Origin: a virus
Taxonomy: Duplodnaviria; Caudoviricetes
Length of the DNA: 52,045 bases
Virus record (IMG/VR): IMGVR_UViG_3300047376_000089
Coordinates: 1 to 52,045 of that record
Direction: 5' to 3' (one strand)
Positions within the stretch are counted from its first letter, which is position 1; every line of letters begins with the position of its first letter. The translations under genes were made by a program, and so were the position numbers. The notes under the pieces were generated by a model that saw only the letters and a program-made list of their open reading frames with translations, searched no databases and was not told the origin of the DNA. Shown one piece after another: positions 45,948-52,045 of this stretch.

Positions 45948-47012
45948 TTATCGCAAGTTGTATATCGCATTGACCAACGCCTCTGGGCGTAGAATCTTGC
46001 GACCATATAGATGCATACCACGAACAATGTCAGCAAAGCTGTCCTGATCACGATATGTTTCTGTCTTATTGATCTGCTCTGCAGTTGCGACTGCTGAACT
46101 GTGACCGCCTACGATAACACCGTAGTTAGTCGCATTTGAAGCAGCTTCAGTTGCAGGACCAGTACCAATTGTAGGTAGATTGTTTGAAACATGTACTTGA
46201 AAGCCATGTAGGTTATTTACTACAAGACCGTTTCGTATTCCACCTGACTCACCAAAATCTGCGTTTTGAAGACGTGAATCTTCGTCACGTAGGATTTCCA
46301 TGAATACGGGGTCTACGACAAGCCATCTACCTTGTGAGTCAACATTTTGTTGATCCAACTTACGTGCCATACGAGCAATAAGTTGTAGTGGGTTTGCTTC
46401 ACCTGTAGTTGAAGGTGTAGCAGTTGCACCGCCTGTACGTGGCAATAATGCAACTGATGAGCCACTTGAACCTGCATTAAAGTCAGAACCGTCTAACTTC
46501 ATTGAGGTAAGCAATTCGTCAGAACCTGCAGTTGATACAGCAACACTACCGTTAGTAGTTGTGTTGGCAGTATTAGCATTACCATGTATTGCAGATTGTT
46601 TAAAACCAGATAGATAACCAAGTACATCTTGGTCAAACTGGTCTGATAGTCTATATGCAGCACGATCACTTGCAAGACTTTGGAAATTTACGTGGCTGTG
46701 GGCCTCTTCAATATCGTCAACCTTAAAAGCAAAATAATTGGCTTTATCAATAGTCAATGAAAAATCTTCATCGTCTAAATCTTGTGGTGTAATAGTCGTA
46801 CCACGTGCATATGATTTCACGGTGATCTCAGGTTCTTTAATAATTTTCACTGAATCACCCATTTGGGCTATCTCTCCAAAATAATCAGAGTTGGTGATAG
46901 CTTCAACAACAGATGCCTTGCGGAAAGCAAGTTGCACCTGTTTGGAATAGATCACTGGGCTAAAATTGCCGTTAGGTAAATTGCCGTGACCTGCTGCTGA
47001 TGAAAACGCCAT
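45948..47012 (-). CDS. Major capsid protein
   Basis: FSPVIYS; GEI..GDSVKI; LTIDK; D.VRGMHLYGRKILRPEAL. Confidence 0.9.
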   Translation of the reverse strand: MAFSSAAGHGNLPNGNFSPVIYSKQVQLAFRKASVVEAITNSDYFGEIAQMGDSVKIIKEPEITVKSYARGTTITPQDLDDEDFSLTIDKANYFAFKVDDIEEAHSHVNFQSLASDRAAYRLSDQFDQDVLGYLSGFKQSAIHGNANTANTTTNGSVAVSTAGSDELLTSMKLDGSDFNAGSSGSSVALLPRTGGATATPSTTGEANPLQLIARMARKLDQQNVDSQGRWLVVDPVFMEILRDEDSRLQNADFGESGGIRNGLVVNNLHGFQVHVSNNLPTIGTGPATEAASNATNYGVIVGGHSSAVATAEQINKTETYRDQDSFADIVRGMHLYGRKILRPEALVNAIYNLR

Positions 47013-47024
47013 TATGGTTTCTCC

Positions 47025-47216
47025 TTATATTAGCAGTAACAGATGCGAAACACACAGATACTTGATTGGAGGCTAGACATCGTAGGGTGCATATTTACAA
47101 CACTTGGCCTTTGTGTTGTATTTATGGGCCATGATTTACTAGGTAAGTCCGTAAGCCACTGTTGTTTGCTTGGGGATATAGATAACGCAGGTATCCATAG
47201 TGGGGCTGCGTTAAAC
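47025..47216 (-). ncRNA. Structured 5' leader RNA of the major capsid gene
   Basis: Stems TAACGCAG/CTGCGTTA, TACAACAC/GTGTTGTA, CTAG/CTAG, AACAG/CTGTT. Confidence 0.55.
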
Positions 47217-47229
47217 TATCATATATATA

Positions 47230-47257
47230 GTTATATCATAAATAACTATAATGTCAA
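47230..47257 (-). promoter_or_regulatory. Capsid gene promoter
   Basis: TTGACA-N16-TATAACTATATA with extended TG. Confidence 0.72.
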
Positions 47258-47263
47258 TACTTT

Positions 47264-48136
47264 TTATCTAGCTGACCCAGATAAATCGTAAATAAAGTTG
47301 CCTGTACGAATAGCTTCCATAATCTCATCCGATTTTTTCTCGTATTCGACTGCAGACATTTTCTGTACGTCAGACTCTCTGACTGCATTTCCCGATGCGT
47401 CAGACTGAGGTTTACTACGTTCATTCCGTGTACCTACGGAACGTGCAGCATCTTTTGATGTGGCACTTTTCTTTTTACCAATGCCACGATCAGACTTATA
47501 AAGATCAATTGCACGAGCAGCAGACTTTGCATCTTGGTCATTCTCATACAGTGCATCTTGTACCCACTTAGGCTGTTCGTCTGCCCACTCATGGAAATCA
47601 TCACTGTCACGTATCTCACTAAAGTCAGGGTGTATTTTAATTAACTCTGCTTCAGCTTTCTCACGTGCTGCTGTTTCACGCATCTCATCAATAACTTGTA
47701 CTCGTTTTTCCAAATCTGCAGATTGTTCTTTTGCTTTTTTAATTGCAATTGTTTCTACAATAGCTGCTACGTCTGGATATGTTGAAGCCCACTTATCTAA
47801 GTCATCGTCTGACTTTGGCAGTTTAAACTCTGCCTTAGTTGCTTCACCAAGTTGTTGCTCAAGTGCATTTATACGATCTTCGTATTCTTTTTCTTTTGTT
47901 TGCTGATGCCTACGTAGATCACCATAACGTTTCTTAAAACTACGTTCTTCAGCATTTTTAGGTTCAGCTTCTTTGGGTTCTTCAACCTCTTCTGCCTCAC
48001 CTTTTTGTTCAGCAATTAATTGCTCTAGTTCTTCTTCTTCTTTTTTTACTCGTTCTTCATTAGTATACTTGCGATTTGCAAATGCTACTTTCTTAGGTGA
48101 CTGCATTTCTTCAGCCATAATTTGTTGTTCTGACAT
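47264..48136 (-). CDS. Scaffolding protein
   Basis: Acidic coiled coil, FKKRYGDLRRH, HPDF, directly upstream of MCP. Confidence 0.78.
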   Translation of the reverse strand: MSEQQIMAEEMQSPKKVAFANRKYTNEERVKKEEEELEQLIAEQKGEAEEVEEPKEAEPKNAEERSFKKRYGDLRRHQQTKEKEYEDRINALEQQLGEATKAEFKLPKSDDDLDKWASTYPDVAAIVETIAIKKAKEQSADLEKRVQVIDEMRETAAREKAEAELIKIHPDFSEIRDSDDFHEWADEQPKWVQDALYENDQDAKSAARAIDLYKSDRGIGKKKSATSKDAARSVGTRNERSKPQSDASGNAVRESDVQKMSAVEYEKKSDEIMEAIRTGNFIYDLSGSAR

Positions 48137-48212
48137 TATCTGTCCTTTCACTAGGGCCACCGTAGCCATGTTGGATGGGGGATGGGTAGCTAGTCATATT
48201 GGTGGTTAATTA

Positions 48213-49982
48213 TTATTTACGTGAAGCCAATCCACCAGACTTCATCATTCCTCTACGTGGGTCGTTTGCATCAGGGTCTTCTTTAGGTTTACTCATTTGC
48301 TCTTGTGTTTTAGCTACAGTTTGTATTGGGGTCATACCTTTTTTAACAAGACCTTGTTCTTTAAATTTTTCTGCTGTTTTTTTAATTTGATCTTTTCGAT
48401 CAATTATACTTTGTCTTTTTTTCTTTCTGTCTTTTTTTCTTTTTGTTCTCATAGCTGTAACAGAGCTAGGTTTATCTGCTATTACTCCTGCAGATGTAGT
48501 ATCTTTTATAACAGGACCAGATTCTAATACTTCATCTGTTTGTTTTTCTATTGATCTAGTATTATTTCTTACTTTATTTCTTCCACGTAAATTAGAAGTT
48601 TGTGTTTGATCTATAACATTTGTTACAGTAGAAAGTGTATCTGCTGCAGTTTCTGGGTCTTTAATACTTTCGATATAAGCACGTATATCTTCATCTGCCA
48701 TTTGAAACTCTGCTCTTTGCATTTGCTCTGCACTACTTGTTATATATTCTGGTTGTTGCTCAAACTCACCCATCATTTCTGCTCTTTGCATTTGTTCTGC
48801 ACTGCTTGTTATATTTTCTTTTTTAGGTTTAGTAAACTCGCCCATAAATTCTGCTCTTTGCATTTGTTCTGCAGTGCTTTCAAAATTTTCTTCTTTAGGT
48901 TTAGTAATACCTTCATTTACTGCTTCATCTATAGAACCTGCCATTGATAGTTTTTCTATATCTGCATCCGTAGTCTCTGCATTAATTTCACCTGCTTTTT
49001 TTGTTAACTCCCCAACCTTGGCATCTATTTCAGTACCCTTTTCTATTCCTAGTAAAGATTTAAAAGCACCTATTACTGTACTCTGTGCTTGTTCAAGTAC
49101 ACTCTGTCCTTCTGGTGACATACGTTTCTTAACAGCTTTTAATGCAGCAACTGAATCTGTTAGCCCTGCTTTTTCTGCCTCTTTAATACGAGCATCTATA
49201 GTATTATTAAGTTTTCTTTTTTCATTTTTTAATGCACCAAATACAAATGCACCTACTACTGGATTTAATGCAGCAGTTGCACCTGCAGCCATATTACCAT
49301 AGGCACTTACTTTTTCTGCTTCTTTAATGTACATGTCTAATGGAGAACCTGCCCAACTACCTGCCTCAGTAAAAGCATTTACAACAGGTTTCTTTTCACC
49401 ACCACCGCCATCATCTTCTGCAGGTGCAGGTGTTTCTGCTTCAGTTTCTGTTGGAGCTTGACCTACAGGAAAATACCCTGCAGGAATTGGGTACACAGGT
49501 TCACCATTTAAAAATGGAATAAATAAACTTTCACCTTGTGCATTTTTGTATTCACGGTTATCTTGATCTGATGGATTAAACATAGGTGTTATAAATTTAC
49601 CTGTTTGTGCTTGTATAACTCCACCCTGTGCCATTTCTTTTGGCTCATCTGAACCTTCAACAATAACTATGTCTGCCATACCAAATGGCATATCGTCAGG
49701 TAGTGTGGCTTCATCACCATTACCCATCTGACCCATAGCTTCCATTTTCTTTAAACCCATCTTAGCTTCTTGACGCATGTTCATAAGATTGTTAAGACCA
49801 ATGTATCGTACAACGTCAGCAGGAAAAACAAACTCACCTTCACTTACCATAGCAGGTATATCATCACGAACTTCTTCTTTAGTAGAACCAATAGGTACAT
49901 CGTTTCCAGATACAGGGTCTACTTCTCCACCCTCATCTTTTAAACCACCTTCGTTAAACAATTCCATTTGTTTTTCATACAT
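48213..49982 (-). CDS. Head-associated hypothetical protein with MxxGG tags and internal repeats
   Basis: DDIPAMVSEGEFVFPADVV motif; FNEGG, MAQGG, MKSGG. Confidence 0.75.
   Translation of the reverse strand: MYEKQMELFNEGGLKDEGGEVDPVSGNDVPIGSTKEEVRDDIPAMVSEGEFVFPADVVRYIGLNNLMNMRQEAKMGLKKMEAMGQMGNGDEATLPDDMPFGMADIVIVEGSDEPKEMAQGGVIQAQTGKFITPMFNPSDQDNREYKNAQGESLFIPFLNGEPVYPIPAGYFPVGQAPTETEAETPAPAEDDGGGGEKKPVVNAFTEAGSWAGSPLDMYIKEAEKVSAYGNMAAGATAALNPVVGAFVFGALKNEKRKLNNTIDARIKEAEKAGLTDSVAALKAVKKRMSPEGQSVLEQAQSTVIGAFKSLLGIEKGTEIDAKVGELTKKAGEINAETTDADIEKLSMAGSIDEAVNEGITKPKEENFESTAEQMQRAEFMGEFTKPKKENITSSAEQMQRAEMMGEFEQQPEYITSSAEQMQRAEFQMADEDIRAYIESIKDPETAADTLSTVTNVIDQTQTSNLRGRNKVRNNTRSIEKQTDEVLESGPVIKDTTSAGVIADKPSSVTAMRTKRKKDRKKKRQSIIDRKDQIKKTAEKFKEQGLVKKGMTPIQTVAKTQEQMSKPKEDPDANDPRRGMMKSGGLASRK
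48703..48905 (-). repeat. Three tandem ~72-nt repeats
   Basis: S[TS]AEQMQRAE[FM] three times. Confidence 0.85.
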
Positions 49983-50190
49983 TTTTTAGTACCTCATCTC
50001 TTAGTAATTTAAGTCTACGTAATTGATATACTGCACCTTGTGCTCTATGCATTGCAGTGGCATTATCTGATTGTTCCATTATTCTGTGTTGTTGTTCAAT
50101 TAAACTATCTAAATAGTTGTCAAATTTATCCCACTGGGCTTGGTTGCTGACCAACGCCTTGAGCTTGTTGAGGTGCTCCCTGTCCTGCAT
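49975..50190 (-). CDS. Small protein downstream of portal
   Basis: HRAQGAVYQLRRL motif. Confidence 0.7.
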   Translation of the reverse strand: MQDREHLNKLKALVSNQAQWDKFDNYLDSLIEQQHRIMEQSDNATAMHRAQGAVYQLRRLKLLRDEVLKNV

Positions 50191-52045
50191 TACCTGTAAA
50201 TCCTTGTTCCTGTGGTAGTGGTGCTTGGCCTACGCCTATGTTACCACCACCTGCTCCTGATGTATCCATTGGGTTAGCTCCTGCAGGTGCTCCCTCTGGT
50301 GTCGGCTGTTCTGTTTGCATACCTTTCATAAGTTCTGCTTGCAGTGCAGCTTCGTCCATATTGTTAGTTACTTTGTCAGGGTCAAGGTCAAGAGACTTTG
50401 CAATCTCTCTAATAATATATTGAAACTTAGCAAATGGTGCAAGTGCAGGGTTGGAAGATACTTGCAAGAATTGCATTAGTCGTTGACTACGTACTTCGTT
50501 AGCCATCAGTGATTCAGTACCACGTGCTTTAACTTCTAAGTCACCACGCATCTCTGGGTCAAAGTCAAACTGCATATTAAATCTAAACAGCCCTTCACCA
50601 AGAGGACGTAGTAAGTAGTCATCTATATTTTTAATTACATTCTTAATGCCGCCACTGGCTGCACCCATAAGCATACTAATACCACTAGCAGTTCTACCTA
50701 CACCAGATACACCTGTTTGCCCATGTGCAAATGATGGAAAGCCAGTAGACTCATCTGCTAGTACTCGTGCCTTATCAAATAGTTGTAAGTTCTCACCTGC
50801 AACGTTTGGAAACTTAGTGCCAAAGATAGCTTGTCCTGGTGCTCCACCTTGTCTCCTAAACACTTTGCCTGGATATACTGATAGGTCTTGTCCTGGAACT
50901 AAGTTAGTTTCATCCACCTCTATCAACAAGTTGCCTGACAGTACAGCATTATCTACAGCCATTCGCATAAAACCATTCATCAATGTCTGTGTATCGTCCA
51001 TGTTTTCAGCAATACCTACACCAAAGAATGAGTATGGGTTTAGTTCATATGGTACAGCTTGATATGGAATACGAGCAGGTTTAAACGGATTAAGAACCAT
51101 ACGGATTAATTTACCATTACAAATCCATACGTTTGCTTGTAGTTCATCAAATGCTGATAGTTCATCTGGAATATCTACACCTTGATCTTCAAGCATCTCA
51201 ACGTCACACATACCCCAATACTCTAGTACTTCAAATCTTTCTACACCGTGTTCTGGTGCATAGTCAGATAGATCATCTTCCCAGTATTGTTTGTCGTAGT
51301 TCTCACCAAGTGATATAGCTTCATCAATAACTGAACTACGAAAGTATGGACGTTTCTTTAATGCTCTAATTTGTGTACGAGAAAGTTTATGACGTTCAAT
51401 TACATACTGTGCTTCGTCCATGCTGTTTGCATCTGGATCAGGATAAAAGTTCCACACAGATACATGAGATACCTGTGGTATTGTTTTCATTACAGGATTG
51501 TATTCACCTTCTTCATCCCAGTTAGGATACTCTTTATCTACAGCAAATGGTCCTTTCATTACACCTGTACCAAACAGTGCCATTTCAAAAGCAGTGCTTC
51601 GTAAGTGTTTAGATGCAGAGGACTCTTCTAATTGATCCTGTATTTTCTTTTGCATCTTCTTTGCTGCAATCATTGCAGGACTAAATGTAATAGCTGTAGC
51701 TGTTTTGCCTACACCCTCTTTAACATTATCAATACCCTCAAACTTATCCTTAATAGGACCAAGCATTTCATTTAATGTTTTAAGTGTAGCACCTGCAGGA
51801 AATTCTTTACCGTCACCTTTAAAACCATATGGATTAACATCTTTGTCTAAACCATTTTCACGCATCTGTTCTGGTTCAGCAGGATCAAAACTTACATCTG
51901 CAACTACACCATCTGGTAATTCGGTAGGTTCTATTGATAAAGGAAAACGATTATTAGCAAAAAGTACATCAACGATTTGTCCATATGCTGCCAAAGTTTT
52001 TGTCTTAGTAACCTTAATAAATATCCTAGATTTTTCTGCCTCAGT
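50126..52045 (-). CDS. Portal protein (5' truncated)
   Basis: FGTGVMKGP; WNFYPDP; FFGVGIAE; RMAVDN; frame open to the window end. Confidence 0.9.
   Translation of the reverse strand, partial: TEAEKSRIFIKVTKTKTLAAYGQIVDVLFANNRFPLSIEPTELPDGVVADVSFDPAEPEQMRENGLDKDVNPYGFKGDGKEFPAGATLKTLNEMLGPIKDKFEGIDNVKEGVGKTATAITFSPAMIAAKKMQKKIQDQLEESSASKHLRSTAFEMALFGTGVMKGPFAVDKEYPNWDEEGEYNPVMKTIPQVSHVSVWNFYPDPDANSMDEAQYVIERHKLSRTQIRALKKRPYFRSSVIDEAISLGENYDKQYWEDDLSDYAPEHGVERFEVLEYWGMCDVEMLEDQGVDIPDELSAFDELQANVWICNGKLIRMVLNPFKPARIPYQAVPYELNPYSFFGVGIAENMDDTQTLMNGFMRMAVDNAVLSGNLLIEVDETNLVPGQDLSVYPGKVFRRQGGAPGQAIFGTKFPNVAGENLQLFDKARVLADESTGFPSFAHGQTGVSGVGRTASGISMLMGAASGGIKNVIKNIDDYLLRPLGEGLFRFNMQFDFDPEMRGDLEVKARGTESLMANEVRSQRLMQFLQVSSNPALAPFAKFQYIIREIAKSLDLDPDKVTNNMDEAALQAELMKGMQTEQPTPEGAPAGANPMDTSGAGGGNIGVGQAPLPQEQGFTGNAGQGAPQQAQGVGQQPSPVG

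Larger units (their letters stand above)
1..52045. mobile_element. Near-complete dsDNA podovirus genome, HMO-2011-type-like marine phage
   Basis: Portal, scaffold, capsid, tail tubular and internal virion genes; PolA with DnaJ-like Zn finger; integrase-primase-helicase order; ThyX, NrdJ, MazG; no RNA polymerase; no host housekeeping genes. Confidence 0.9.

Noticed and set aside
1-52045. Apparent excess of ACGT and scarcity of CCGG/CGCG
   Set aside because: Cannot be quantified by eye; ACGT is largely explained by Arg CGT codon preference; needs a Markov-corrected k-mer count

Overview
The window is a near-complete genome of a marine podovirus, most likely of the HMO-2011 type. Its family A DNA polymerase carries a DnaJ-like CxxCxGxG zinc-finger insertion, a tyrosine integrase sits upstream of the primase and helicase, and I see no phage RNA polymerase. 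Two arms are transcribed divergently from a non-coding control region at ~5.4-6.3 kb. The + arm (6.3-27.3 kb) carries early genes, integrase, primase, helicase, ThyX, DNA polymerase, nucleases, class II RNR and MazG. The - arm carries small basic proteins and a lysis cassette (1-5.4 kb), then portal, scaffold, capsid, tail and internal virion genes (52.0-27.4 kb). The arms meet at a bidirectional terminator at ~27.35 kb. No terminase is visible; it probably lies in the missing segment joining the two window ends. DUF1127, DoxX and CtaH-like genes and promoters lacking the -7 T suggest an alphaproteobacterial, possibly Roseobacter-group, host (inference). The main unexplained signals are: five copies of a 14-bp palindrome GTCCAAnGTTGGAC, four of them in the early region; a recurring CC/YAC internal-loop RNA motif in the scaffold and capsid leaders; a TTGACA-N16/17-TAWAACT promoter class; a candidate unimolecular spanin next to an EF-hand holin; and a [MFY]xxGG peptide tag shared by many late proteins. 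All family assignments come from motif recognition by eye, not database searches.
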